DNA of 64,000 bases, from positions 170,381 through 234,380 of the forward strand of contig JBNKBE010000006.1 of the NCBI GenBank assembly GCA_050287085.1, given 5' to 3'. This document shows, piece after piece, positions 10,436-20,725 of the stretch. A program made the translations under genes and the position numbers. The DNA is from Polyangiaceae bacterium (GTDB lineage: Bacteria > Myxococcota_A > Polyangia > Polyangiales > Polyangiaceae). The notes under the pieces were generated by a model, which was given only the letters and a program-made list of their open reading frames with translations, had not been told where the DNA came from and ran no database searches. Numbering within the stretch: position 1 is the first letter of the stretch; every line of letters starts with the position of its first letter.

Positions 10436-11299
10436 ATGCGAGGCTACGTCGTGAAGGGTCAGCGCCTGAGCACTCTACTATCGGCCCTAGGGCTGAGTGC
10501 CTGTGCGAACTCAGCTCCGCTCAGCTCCACCGCCACCCACGAAGGCATCGAGGTGGATCCAGCCGAGTTCATCGCCCCTCAAGATTGCGCCCAGGGTTAT
10601 GCGGAGCTCTACGTAGCCACGCTGGTCGATCTCACGGATCCCGACGCTGCGCCGCGAAGCTCGGTCGCAACCTCATGCCTGAGCTCCGTGATCTTCGAAC
10701 AGCTGCCCTATCCGAACGCTGCCGGCGATCCGGTGCACCAGTTTCGCGCTGACATCTCGTTGTATACGCGAGCTGAAGACCATCGACCTGACGCGGGCAT
10801 CGACAAGCCGTCGTGGCTCGGTAGCTGCGGCCTAGGCAACGCAGAAGAACGCAGCCAGCGTGTGCGTTTCGACCTCTCCGTATCACCGGACGCAGGCCTC
10901 TGGAACGAAGACGCGGGTGCCCTGAATCAGGACGGTGGCGACTCGCTCGTGGACGCGAGCGACGGCACTGGTGGCGCACGCGCCGACGCCGGTGGGGACG
11001 CCGCCAGCACTCGAGGCGACGCCAGCCGCGACGCGGGTAGCATTCGCACAAACGCCGGTGGGAGCACCCGCGCCGACGCCGGCGTAGCTCCCCGCCTCGA
11101 CGCGGGACCCGCGCTCGCGCCCACTCGCGCCCCATCCGACGCGGGCTCCGGCCGCAACCCGACCGACGTCGAAAGCACGCAAGACGCCGGCGCCAACCCG
11201 CCCAAGAGCGACCCGGACGCCCCCTACGGGGGGGCCGCTACGCCGATCCGTAGCCAGATCGTCTCGCTTCGCGGCTGCCTCCTCACAGCTGCGAACTAG
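10436..11299 (+). CDS. Lipoprotein with low-complexity DAG-repeat region
   Basis: Lipobox LGLSAC, many DAG/DAS tripeptides, and spaced Cys. Confidence 0.7.
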   Translation: MRGYVVKGQRLSTLLSALGLSACANSAPLSSTATHEGIEVDPAEFIAPQDCAQGYAELYVATLVDLTDPDAAPRSSVATSCLSSVIFEQLPYPNAAGDPVHQFRADISLYTRAEDHRPDAGIDKPSWLGSCGLGNAEERSQRVRFDLSVSPDAGLWNEDAGALNQDGGDSLVDASDGTGGARADAGGDAASTRGDASRDAGSIRTNAGGSTRADAGVAPRLDAGPALAPTRAPSDAGSGRNPTDVESTQDAGANPPKSDPDAPYGGAATPIRSQIVSLRGCLLTAAN

Positions 11300-11411
11300 G
11301 CGGCTCGCCCACCCCCGTCACCTAAGGCGGTCTTCATACAGGCGGCGAGGCGCATTTCAAGGCGCCTCCAGCTGGCGCTTTTGCGGGCGGGCCGCTACAC
11401 CGTGGAGGTGT

Positions 11412-12257
11412 ATGTCGAACTGGCAATCTAGCGGCGGCTTCAGCCTGCAGCGCCCGGGCAACGCTGTCCTGGGCGTCATGGGCGCTCTGTTCTTCGTCTG
11501 GTTGATGTTCGCCGTTGCCATCAATTGGGGCGGGGCGAGCCAAGAATTGTTCCTGCTCTTCTGCGGCGACAGCGAACGGCTGCTCCACGGTGAGGTCTGG
11601 CGTCTGTTCACGGCCCCCTGGATGCACATGCCAAGCGGCAGCGTGGGACACATTCTGTGGGCCCTTGTCGGCCTGTTCTTCTTGACCCCGGAACTCGAAC
11701 GGCGCTGGGGCACACGCCGCCTGCTGCGCTTCCTCTTTCTGTCCGGCATCATCGCCTACGGCTTCCAATTCGTCATGGGTTTGATGTTGCAAGGCACCTC
11801 GCTTGCGCGCCTCGCTCCGCCGATTTGGTTCGGCGCCTTCCCGATTATCGAAGCGGTGGCGGTCGCGTGGGCTCTAAGCTTCCGCGACCGTCAGGTGCGC
11901 TTGATGTTCGTGCTTCCCGCCAGCGCCAACATGCTGCTCTATTTCGTGCTCGGCATGAGCGTCCTCAAGGTCATCGCCGACGCCCAGTCACCGGAAGGCC
12001 TGCTTTCCCCTTTTGGGGGCATGTTTGCAGGGTGGCTGCTCGGCGCCAGCACCCCTTCTCCCCTGAGACGCGCCTACCTTTCGCTGAAGCTGCACAAGGT
12101 CGAAGCCCAGGCGCGACGGGAACGACGCAATCGCAACGGTGGGGACGAGAAACGCTCCCGGGGCAGCCACTTGCGGGCTATCCCGGGGGGCAAACGAGAC
12201 GCGGAGTCGATGCCAGAGCGGGGTCGCAAAGGCCCGAATGGTCGCTGGCTCAATTAG
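11412..12257 (+). CDS. Rhomboid-family membrane protein, probably catalytically inactive
   Basis: GEVWRLFT..WMH...HI loop-1 motif, ELERRWG and about 6 TMs. GxSG is replaced by GAFP and HLGG by PFGG. SD GGAGGT. Confidence 0.85.
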   Translation: MSNWQSSGGFSLQRPGNAVLGVMGALFFVWLMFAVAINWGGASQELFLLFCGDSERLLHGEVWRLFTAPWMHMPSGSVGHILWALVGLFFLTPELERRWGTRRLLRFLFLSGIIAYGFQFVMGLMLQGTSLARLAPPIWFGAFPIIEAVAVAWALSFRDRQVRLMFVLPASANMLLYFVLGMSVLKVIADAQSPEGLLSPFGGMFAGWLLGASTPSPLRRAYLSLKLHKVEAQARRERRNRNGGDEKRSRGSHLRAIPGGKRDAESMPERGRKGPNGRWLN

Positions 12258-12356
12258 CCGGCATCAGACTCCCCTCGCGGCAGTCCACAAGTCACCGCTG
12301 CACCCCCCGCTCGTTTCTTGGGTTGTTGGACAAAACACGCTAACAGGGCTAGCGCC

Positions 12357-12929
12357 ATGCAAGAGCTGTTGTCGTATGACGAAGTCGAGCGCGGATTGCG
12401 ACGGATCGCGGAGGAGCTCCTAGCGCAGCAGCCTGACACCTCGGATCTCGTATTGATAGGTGTGCGCCGCGGCGGCTTGCCCATGATGGAGCGTCTCGCC
12501 GGCTGGATCAAAAACCTGAATGGCGCCGACGTGGCCACCGGCTCCGTGGATATCACGCTCTACCGGGACGATGCGGCCAGTGCGTTACCGAATCCGCGCA
12601 TCGGCGCCAGCGATATTCCCGTGCATCTCGACGGCAAGCGCGTCGTGCTGATCGACGACGTCTTGTACACCCGTCGCACGATCCGCGCCGCCATCGACGC
12701 TTTGATGGACTACGGACGTCCCCGCAACATCGAGTTGGCGGTCATGGTGGACCGCGCGGGTCGACAACTGCCGATCCAACCCGACTACCGCATCCGCCGA
12801 GTCGAAAGCGTGGCCGACGACGAACGCATCGATGTCTACGAGGACGAGCGCGGCCTGCGTGCCGTCATTTCGAAGGTCTCCAGTCCAAGTATTCCGCCGC
12901 GAGCCGCTCCCGACGCAAGCGACCCCTGA
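12357..12929 (+). CDS. pyrR: Bifunctional pyrimidine regulator / uracil phosphoribosyltransferase
   Basis: IGVRRGG, DITLYRDD, VVLIDDVLYT.RTIRAA, DR..R.LPIQPDY. Lies upstream of pyrB. Confidence 0.93.
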   Translation: MQELLSYDEVERGLRRIAEELLAQQPDTSDLVLIGVRRGGLPMMERLAGWIKNLNGADVATGSVDITLYRDDAASALPNPRIGASDIPVHLDGKRVVLIDDVLYTRRTIRAAIDALMDYGRPRNIELAVMVDRAGRQLPIQPDYRIRRVESVADDERIDVYEDERGLRAVISKVSSPSIPPRAAPDASDP

Positions 12930-13094
12930 GTCTCAAGCGCCAAAACGGCGGACCCATGCAGCCCGGCACTGGCAGCTGCTCGTCCGGGCGCTCGTCGCAA
13001 CTTGGGGCCACTTCGGCACACCCATGCTCGACGACGGGTGCGCGCACAGGTGGGGTTGCGGGCGCTATTGGTTCGCGTCTATGGTGCGCGCCGC

Positions 13095-14018
13095 ATGCAG
13101 CTCCGGCGTCTCGTTTCCATCCATGACTTGACCGCCACTCAGGCCACGGAACTACTGAGTGCCGCTGACGCTTTCCTCGAGCTCAACCGGCGACCGATCA
13201 AGAAGACACCCACGTTGCGCGGCAAAACCGTGCTGAACCTCTTCTTCGAGAACTCGACCCGCACGCGCACTTCCTTTGAACTGGCTGGGAAGCGTTTGAG
13301 CGCCGACGTGGTCAACATCAGTGCGGCGGCCTCAAGTGTGAAGAAGGGCGAGAGTCTTAAGGACACCATCCTCACGCTGAATGCGATGCACCCGGACGTG
13401 CTCGTCGTTCGGCACAGCTCCTCGGGCGCTGCTGAATACGTCTCCCGCCATACTCAGGCCGTAGTCGTCAACGCGGGAGATGGGACCCATGAACACCCGA
13501 CGCAAGCGCTGCTCGACGCGTTCACCATACGACGCGCCGGCAAGCCCTTCGAGGGCCTCGTGGTCACCATCTGTGGCGACATCCGCCACAGCCGCGTGGC
13601 CCGTTCCAACGTCTTGCTGCTCAGCAAGCTGGGTGCGCGCGTTCGGCTCGCCGGGCCCCGGACCCTCCTCCCGATTCAGCCTGAGGGGCTCGGTTGTGAA
13701 GTCTTCTCGCGCCTTGAGCCAGCGCTGGAAGGCGCTGACGTCGTCATGATGTTGCGCATTCAGCAGGAGCGCTTGGGTGGGGCTCACTTCTCGAGCCTGC
13801 GGGAATACTCCCGCTTCTTCTCCCTCAATCGCAAACGGCTTGAGCTTGCCAAAGCCGACGCGCTAGTCCTCCATCCCGGTCCGATGAATCGTGGCGTGGA
13901 GATCTCCGACGAGATCGCCGATGATCCGAGGTGCGCCGTCCTTCAACAGGTGGAAAGTGGCGTCGCCGTTCGCGCGGCTGTTCTCTATGCTTGCTCGGGT
14001 GAACGAGGCGAGGCGTGA
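13095..14018 (+). CDS. pyrB: Aspartate carbamoyltransferase catalytic subunit
   Basis: [57 protein letters not shown]. Confidence 0.97.
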   Translation: MQLRRLVSIHDLTATQATELLSAADAFLELNRRPIKKTPTLRGKTVLNLFFENSTRTRTSFELAGKRLSADVVNISAAASSVKKGESLKDTILTLNAMHPDVLVVRHSSSGAAEYVSRHTQAVVVNAGDGTHEHPTQALLDAFTIRRAGKPFEGLVVTICGDIRHSRVARSNVLLLSKLGARVRLAGPRTLLPIQPEGLGCEVFSRLEPALEGADVVMMLRIQQERLGGAHFSSLREYSRFFSLNRKRLELAKADALVLHPGPMNRGVEISDEIADDPRCAVLQQVESGVAVRAAVLYACSGERGEA

Positions 14019-14662
14019 GGCGCCCCGCGCTGGGTCCACTCGGTGGGCTAGTGCTGGCGGTAGCGGGGGCCACACTCAGCTGCGCAAAGCACCCTTCCTC
14101 CGACCAAGCGAGCCAAGCTGCGTCGACGGCCTCGGACGCGCCAGCGGCGCAGCCGGCTACGTCCTCCGAGGAGCGTTTGATCACCTTGCCCCTCGGACTT
14201 GGCATCACCGACGCGGCTGGGCTGAAGCAACGCGCGCGCGCTCTCGGTGGCGCGGGCACGCTGGTCAACGTATGGGCAAGCTGGTGTGGCAGCTGCCGCG
14301 CAGAGATGCCCATGCTCTTGTCCTTGCGCGAAGAATACGCGGCCAAGGGCGTCCATATGCTCTTCGTCTCCGTCGATGCGCCTCAAGACGCTGAGAAGGC
14401 GATGGCCTTCCTAGATGAGCTCCACGCGCCCCCTCCCCGACTGATGGTCAGCGGCTCCCTGGAAGCCTTCAAGGCAGCCATGAGCCCGGTCTGGCGCGGT
14501 TCGCTGCCCGCGACGTTCTTGTTCGACAATCAGGGTGCGCTGCGCTTCACCTGGGGCGCGCAAGTCTTCGAATCCGAGCTGCGCCCAGTGCTCGATGGCT
14601 TCCTGCGGGGCGAGCCTATCGACGGCGCAGCCAACTTCTCGGTTCGACGCAGTCCGGGTTAA
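14015..14662 (+). CDS. TlpA/ResA-like thioredoxin lipoprotein
   Basis: Lipobox [19 protein letters not shown] and [12 protein letters not shown] overlap with pyrB. Confidence 0.88.
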   Translation: MRRPALGPLGGLVLAVAGATLSCAKHPSSDQASQAASTASDAPAAQPATSSEERLITLPLGLGITDAAGLKQRARALGGAGTLVNVWASWCGSCRAEMPMLLSLREEYAAKGVHMLFVSVDAPQDAEKAMAFLDELHAPPPRLMVSGSLEAFKAAMSPVWRGSLPATFLFDNQGALRFTWGAQVFESELRPVLDGFLRGEPIDGAANFSVRRSPG

Positions 14663-15501
14663 GCGGAGGCCACCGGGACGTCAATCAACTCCGGCTCCGG
14701 CACAGCCTCTCCAAGAAAGCGCTCCGCCTGCGCCGAAAAACTGCGCGGAAGATCCGAGACCAGAAGTCGCAACCCGCCGGGGCCCTCCGCCAGAGTTCCC
14801 GCCGCGCTGAGCGTCGCGGCCAAAGCGCTCGCCGCCGCGGCAGCGCCATCGACAACCAGTACTTCCGAGCCCGCCAGCTTTCTCGCCTCGGCCTCGATGA
14901 CCTGGCGCAGGAGGGGGTAATGGGTGCAGCCTAGCACCAGCACGCGAGCCCCACCCGCCATCAGCGGCTCGAGGTAGCGACGCACTGCAAGGGCTGGAAC
15001 CTCCCCACTGAGCCAGCCTTCCTCCGCGAGCGGCACCAGCAGCGGGGCAGCCTCCTGCACCACCACGGTTGCGGGACGAAGAAACTGCACGGCACGGACA
15101 TAGGCCCCCGATTCGACCGTTGGACGGGTGGCGAGCACGCCGACGCGCGCATCCGCTCTCCCGAGCTGCGTAAGCGCGGCCAAAGCAGCCAACGCCCCTG
15201 GCTCAATGACCCCAATGACGGGGATGGCGAGTTCTCCCTGCAAGACCTCGAGCGCCACCGCGCAGGCGGTATTGCAGGCCACGACCAATGCCTTTACGCC
15301 CCGTTCGACGAGCACATTGGTGCAGCCACGGGCGTAGCGAACAACCGTCTGAGGAGAACGCGTTCCGTAGGGCACACGCGCGGTATCTCCCAGGTAAACG
15401 ATCTGCTCATTGGGCACCAGAGCCCTAAGCGCCCTCACAACCGTGAGTCCACCGAGTCCGGAATCGAATACGCCGATGGGAGCGTTCCGCTCGCGACTCA
15501 A
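14659..15501 (-). CDS. murI: Glutamate racemase
   Basis: PIGVFDSGLGGLTV, GDTARVPYG, VACNT and LGCTHYP. TTG start overlaps the hom stop (TTGA). Confidence 0.95.
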   Translation of the reverse strand: MSRERNAPIGVFDSGLGGLTVVRALRALVPNEQIVYLGDTARVPYGTRSPQTVVRYARGCTNVLVERGVKALVVACNTACAVALEVLQGELAIPVIGVIEPGALAALAALTQLGRADARVGVLATRPTVESGAYVRAVQFLRPATVVVQEAAPLLVPLAEEGWLSGEVPALAVRRYLEPLMAGGARVLVLGCTHYPLLRQVIEAEARKLAGSEVLVVDGAAAAASALAATLSAAGTLAEGPGGLRLLVSDLPRSFSAQAERFLGEAVPEPELIDVPVASA

Positions 15502-16805
15502 ACCGCCTCGATGCGGATCAGGCGCGGCGGGGCCGACATGAAACTGGCCTCCGCGAGCTTGTGGAGCGCAGCGGAAACGTGCCCTTCCTTGCACAGGTGC
15601 GTGATCATCTGGAGCGCAACCGGACTCTCTCCGGCGCTCCCGGAATCCTGAACCACGTGCTCGACGCTCACGCCGCACTCGCCCAATGTGGTGGCGATCT
15701 TGCCCAGCACGCCCAGTTCATCCGCCACCGAGAAGCGGAGATAGTAGCGACACTCCAATTCACTCATGGGAACCAAGGCGCACGGCTCAGGGCGAATCGC
15801 GCTCGACAACAGTCCAGTAGCGCCCTCCACCCGTGCGCGCGCCACATCCACCACGTCCGCCACAACGCTCACCGCGGTCGGCATTTCTCCAGCGCCGCGC
15901 CCTACTAGCAGACACGGCCCCAGCGCGCGCCCCTGGATCAGCGCACCGTTCAGCACTCCGTTGATGCCTGCAAGCTGCCCTTCTTTGGGCACCAACGCGG
16001 GGTGCACCCGCAGTTCAAGTCGTTCCCCACAAGGCCGACCGACAGCAAGATGCTTGATGGTGAAGCCGTAGCGCTCCGCGAACGCAAAGTCCTGCGCGTC
16101 AACCTGACGAATCCCCTCGACGTGGACTCGCTCCGGATCGACGTCCGCACCGAAAGCGAGCATACTCAGAACAACGAGCTTCTGGGCCGCGTCGTGACCG
16201 TCGACGTCTAAAGACGGGTCGGCTTCCGCGTACCCCAAGCGCTGAGCATCACGCACTACCTCCTCAAAGCCGAGGCCTTCGTGCTGCATGCGCGTTAACA
16301 CGTAGTTACAAGTGCCGTTCAGCAGCGCGTACACACTGTCGACCCAGTCGCTGGTCAACGAGTCACGCAGCGTGCGAATGATTGGCACCCCGCCGCCCAC
16401 CGAAGCTTCGAACGCCAAGTCCACGCTATTGGCAGCGGCTTGTCGCAACAGCTCCCCCCCTTGATGCGCTACCAAGAGCTTGTTCGCGGTAACGACGCTC
16501 TTGCCCGCTGCGATCGCACGACGCAAGTAGCCGCTGGCCGGCTCTTGTCCGCCCATCACCTCGACTACAACGTCAACGCTCTCATCGCTGAAGACGACTT
16601 CAGGATCGGTGGTGACCCAGTGCTCTTCGCACTCGGGCACGCGGGCCTTGCTCCGATCGCGCACCAGGACATGCGCTATCTCGATAGGGGCGCCAATGCG
16701 CGCCCCTAGGTGCTCGGCATTTTCCCTCACCAGGCGTATTACGCCCCCACCGACAACACCTCCACCGAGTAAGGCAACCCGAATCTTGTCTTTATGCATG
16801 CTCAC
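15498..16805 (-). CDS. hom: Homoserine dehydrogenase with C-terminal ACT domain
   Basis: G.GVVGGG, VVTANK, FEASVGGGVP, NGTCNY, GYAEADP..DVDG.DAA.K, and the ACT start YYLRF...D..GVL. Confidence 0.96.
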   Translation of the reverse strand: MSMHKDKIRVALLGGGVVGGGVIRLVRENAEHLGARIGAPIEIAHVLVRDRSKARVPECEEHWVTTDPEVVFSDESVDVVVEVMGGQEPASGYLRRAIAAGKSVVTANKLLVAHQGGELLRQAAANSVDLAFEASVGGGVPIIRTLRDSLTSDWVDSVYALLNGTCNYVLTRMQHEGLGFEEVVRDAQRLGYAEADPSLDVDGHDAAQKLVVLSMLAFGADVDPERVHVEGIRQVDAQDFAFAERYGFTIKHLAVGRPCGERLELRVHPALVPKEGQLAGINGVLNGALIQGRALGPCLLVGRGAGEMPTAVSVVADVVDVARARVEGATGLLSSAIRPEPCALVPMSELECRYYLRFSVADELGVLGKIATTLGECGVSVEHVVQDSGSAGESPVALQMITHLCKEGHVSAALHKLAEASFMSAPPRLIRIEAV

Positions 16806-17162
16806 TACGGCTCATCTCCGATCGCGAGCCGTTTAGCACGCTCTGGGGCGAAAAGCCGTACTACAGCACTGCCGGCCTGAAGCCCGGACAACGTCCGCAG
16901 GGGCCCAACCTTGATGGATAGTCGGTCCGGCCCCCCCCACCGGGCTTTGCCCAATCCCGGTCCCGACTCGACCGTTGGTCTCGCTGCCCGCGCGCAACCA
17001 TCAGCCAGGCGGTGCTGCAACCGGCTCCCAAAACCGAACCCCTCCAACGGCCGAACCCCTAAGCGCTCAAAGCTTCGCAGCAGCGCCGCTGCGTGGACCT
17101 ATCGCGCCCGCTCTGAGAGCAGGCGCGATATCGCCCCCGCTCTCAGAAGGGGCCGCGGGCGC

Positions 17163-19604
17163 TCAGTTGGTTTGCTTGAGCGTGGCCTCTTGCGCCGCTA
17201 CTTGGTCCAGGTATTCGGGTCCCGGTTTGGGCTCACTTTCCAGGGCAGCCGTCAGGACCTCCTCAAGGTGGGTCACGGGAACGAACTCCAATTCGTCCCG
17301 GATCTCCTTGGGCACTTCCTCCAAGTCAGCCTTGTTGCGCTCTGGAAAGACGATCCGACGAATTCCGGCCCGGTGCGCCGCCAAGGTCTTCTCTTTGAAC
17401 CCCCCGATCGGCAACACACGACCCCGCAGCGAGATCTCACCTGTCATCGCCACGTCGTGTCGCACTCGAATCCCAGTGAGCAGCGAGACCAATGCGGTAA
17501 ACATCGTGATGCCTGCACTGGGGCCATCCTTTGGCATAGCCCCTGCCGGGATGTGGATGTGGACGTCGCTCTTGTCTAGGAAGTCTTTGGCAATGCCATA
17601 CTTCTGCGCATTGCTGCGCACGTAGCTCAACGCGGCATGAGCGCTCTCTTTCATCACATCACCGAGCTGTCCAGTGAGCTGCAACTTGCCCGTGCCGAAC
17701 ATGCGCGTAGCTTCGATGAATAGGATTTCGCCACCCGCACTCGTCCAGGCTAACCCCGTGCAAACACCCGTTTCTTCGGTGCGCTCGGCCACTTCGCTCG
17801 TGTACTTGATGGGCCCCAGGAACTCGCGTAGATCATCCTCGGTCTTGATCGTCCGATGGGCGGAGTCGCCTTCCGCAACCTTGACGGCCACACCCCGGAT
17901 TACGCTCGCAACCTGTCGCTCCAGCGAGCGAACGCCGGCCTCTCGCGTGTAGTGCTCAATGAGCTCTTCAATCGCCTCGTCGGTGATCGTGACTTGTTCC
18001 CCGCTGAGACCGTGCTCCTCAAGTTGCTTCGGCAGCAGATGCTGGCGTGCGATGGCTAGCTTTTCGCGTCGCGTATAACCCGGTAGATCCAGGATCTCCA
18101 TCCGGTCACGGAGCGGCGGCGGGATCGGATCTGCGATATTGGCTGTTGCGACGAACATCACCTTGGACAGATCGTAGGGGATCTCCAAGTAGTGATCGGC
18201 AAACGTATTGTTTTGCTCTGGATCGAGCACTTCCAACAAGGCCGCGCTCGGATCACCCCGGAAGTCGTGCCCTACCTTGTCGATTTCGTCGAGCATGAAC
18301 ACCGGATTTATCGTGCCAGCCTTCTTCATGCCTTGGATTAGCTGTCCCGGCAGCGCCCCCACGTAGGTCCTTCTGTGGCCACGAATAGCCGCTTCGTCGT
18401 GCACCCCACCCAGAGAAATGCGGACGAATTTGCGGCCGATCGCCGACGCGATGCTCTTGCCCAGCGAGGTCTTGCCGACGCCGGGTGGTCCAAGCAGGCA
18501 CAAGATCGGACCGCGCTTGTCCTTTTTGAGCTTGCGCACGGCGAGGTATTCAACGATGCGCTTCTTGACCTTCTCCAGACCGTAGTGGTCCTCATCAAGG
18601 ACCTTGCGCACTTCCGCAATCTCCAACCGATCGTCGGTGGTCTTGGACCACGGTAGGTCGACGATCCAATCGAGGTAGGTGCGCACCACAGTGTACTCCG
18701 CACTGCCCACCTGCATGGCACGCAAACGCTTGAGCTGCTTCTTCGCCACCTCGTGGGCCTCGCTTGGCAGGTCGGCTTTGGCGATACGCTCTTCGAGCCC
18801 ATCGAGATCGCTCTGGTCGCCTTCGTCCTCGCCCAGCTCCTCCTTGATCGCCTTGAGCTGTTGGCGCAGCACGTACTCGCGCTGATTCTTCCCCATTTCC
18901 TCTTTGATCTGGGAATTGATGCGCTCGCGCATCTTGAGAATCTCGAGCTGCCGGGTCAGTAAGCGCAATACTTTGCGAATACGCTCTTTGACGTCCACCG
19001 TCTCGATCAACTGGGCCTTCTCTTCAACAGGTGCGTCCAGATTCGCCGCAACAAGATCGGAAAGCGATCCTGGGGCATGCACGGAGTCCATGAGTGAAGC
19101 TGCTTCCCTCGGAAGTTCCGGCATCAGCTGAATGACCTGCTTGGCCACGTCCCGCAAACTCATCGCCAAGGCCTCCGCCTCCACGTCTTCGAGCGGCGTA
19201 GACTCAACACGCGAAATGCGCGCGCGCAGATAGGGGTCTTCCTGCAGGGTCTCACCGTAGCGAATACGGGTCAGCCCCTGCAGAATCAGCGAGTAGTTGC
19301 CGGAACTATGCTTGAGCGCTTTGAGTACACGCGCCGCACAACCTATCGGATACAACTCCTCGGGTCCGGGATCGTCGGTTGATGGATCGCGCTGAGTGAA
19401 GATCGCGATCACGGGCGACGCGTTCCGGTGAACGTTCTCCACCAATGCGACCGACTTGTCGCGTCCCACATCAAAGGGGGCGACCTGACCGGGGAATAGC
19501 ACCGCATTGCGTATGGGCAACACCGCTAACTCGTCGTCAAAACGGAGCTCATCTTCCGATGGGGGTGCGACACTCGGAGCCGGCGGGTGCTTGCTTTCGC
19601 TCAT
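17163..19604 (-). CDS. lon: ATP-dependent Lon protease
   Basis: N-domain VLPIRNAVLFPG, Walker A GPPGVGKTS, LDEID, and catalytic PKDGPSAG. Start trimmed to ATG 19604. Confidence 0.97.
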   Translation of the reverse strand: MSESKHPPAPSVAPPSEDELRFDDELAVLPIRNAVLFPGQVAPFDVGRDKSVALVENVHRNASPVIAIFTQRDPSTDDPGPEELYPIGCAARVLKALKHSSGNYSLILQGLTRIRYGETLQEDPYLRARISRVESTPLEDVEAEALAMSLRDVAKQVIQLMPELPREAASLMDSVHAPGSLSDLVAANLDAPVEEKAQLIETVDVKERIRKVLRLLTRQLEILKMRERINSQIKEEMGKNQREYVLRQQLKAIKEELGEDEGDQSDLDGLEERIAKADLPSEAHEVAKKQLKRLRAMQVGSAEYTVVRTYLDWIVDLPWSKTTDDRLEIAEVRKVLDEDHYGLEKVKKRIVEYLAVRKLKKDKRGPILCLLGPPGVGKTSLGKSIASAIGRKFVRISLGGVHDEAAIRGHRRTYVGALPGQLIQGMKKAGTINPVFMLDEIDKVGHDFRGDPSAALLEVLDPEQNNTFADHYLEIPYDLSKVMFVATANIADPIPPPLRDRMEILDLPGYTRREKLAIARQHLLPKQLEEHGLSGEQVTITDEAIEELIEHYTREAGVRSLERQVASVIRGVAVKVAEGDSAHRTIKTEDDLREFLGPIKYTSEVAERTEETGVCTGLAWTSAGGEILFIEATRMFGTGKLQLTGQLGDVMKESAHAALSYVRSNAQKYGIAKDFLDKSDVHIHIPAGAMPKDGPSAGITMFTALVSLLTGIRVRHDVAMTGEISLRGRVLPIGGFKEKTLAAHRAGIRRIVFPERNKADLEEVPKEIRDELEFVPVTHLEEVLTAALESEPKPGPEYLDQVAAQEATLKQTN

Positions 19605-19758
19605 GCCATTGGTTGTGCGACGAGTATGATCCTTTTGCAAGGAACTGACCTCCGCTTGCTGACAATTGGGATGGCTCCGGCTGGCCCTGCGTCTTCTCCG
19701 TCCAGCCCCTGAGCCAGCGCCGTCGACACCCCCAAGCGCATGCGCTACACCCCCCCCG

Positions 19759-20697
19759 GTGAAAACGGCTTTCTTTGGGACCCCGCCGATCGCGGTGGCC
19801 AGTCTGGACGCGTTGTATGAAATGAGCGACGTCGCTCTCGTCGTCACGCAGCCCGACCGCCCCTCGGGACGTGGACTTGGGGTCAGTTCCAGCGCAGTAA
19901 AGTGCCGCGCCCTAGAGCTCGGACTGGAAGTACTTCAGCCCAAACGGGTGCGTACCGGTAGCCTGGACCAAGCTCTGAGCGAACGGGGGATCGAACTCGC
20001 GGTCGTGCTCGCCTATGGGCGCATTCTGCCCGAGGCTGTGCTGAATGCCCCTCGGCTCGGATGCGTCAACCTACACGCGTCCTTGTTGCCCAAGTATCGC
20101 GGTGCCGCGCCGATAAACTGGGCCCTCGCCAACGGCGAAAGCAGCACGGGCGTGTCGCTCATGCAGATGGACGCAGGTCTGGACACCGGCCCCATTCTGG
20201 CTCAGCACCCGCTGCCCATCAAAGCCCAGTGGAATGCCGGTGACCTCGCGGTTGCCCTGGGTCAGCTGGCCGCCGCCGTGGTGCGCGAGCGCCTGCCGGA
20301 ACTGGCTCGTGGCGAACTCCCAGCTCTCGCGCAGGACGAGTCGCTCGCCACCTACGCCCCCCCACTCAGCGCCCGTGACGCCGAACTCGACTTCTCCCTC
20401 ACCGCCCGCCAATTGCACAATCGAGTTCGTGGATTCAATCCGAAGCCTGGAACCTACACATACGTTGGGGGCAAACGATTGAAGGTTCTGCAGACCGGGC
20501 TGCCGGAGGGCGAGTTCCCAGCGGCGGAGCCGGGTACCATCGTAGCTTTGGACCGACGCATCCTGGTGGCCACCAGCGCCGGCTATCTAGAGGTACTGAG
20601 AGCCCAGGTCGAAGGGCGCAAGGCGCAAGACGCCACGACGCTTCTCAACGGCCGTGTCCTGAGCAACGGACAACGGCTAGGAAAGGCGACACCGTGA
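19759..20697 (+). CDS. fmt: Methionyl-tRNA formyltransferase
   Basis: FFGTP, VVTQPDRP.GRG, AYGRIL, NLHASLLPKYRGAAPI and MDAGLDTG. Confidence 0.95.
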   Translation: MKTAFFGTPPIAVASLDALYEMSDVALVVTQPDRPSGRGLGVSSSAVKCRALELGLEVLQPKRVRTGSLDQALSERGIELAVVLAYGRILPEAVLNAPRLGCVNLHASLLPKYRGAAPINWALANGESSTGVSLMQMDAGLDTGPILAQHPLPIKAQWNAGDLAVALGQLAAAVVRERLPELARGELPALAQDESLATYAPPLSARDAELDFSLTARQLHNRVRGFNPKPGTYTYVGGKRLKVLQTGLPEGEFPAAEPGTIVALDRRILVATSAGYLEVLRAQVEGRKAQDATTLLNGRVLSNGQRLGKATP

Positions 20698-20725
20698 GCC
20701 TCCGCCGGACGGCCACGAGAACGTC

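Noticed and set aside
12258..12356. PyrR-binding attenuator upstream of pyrR
   Set aside because: Only a weak AGTCCA match, with no AGAGAG loop and no U-tailed terminator.
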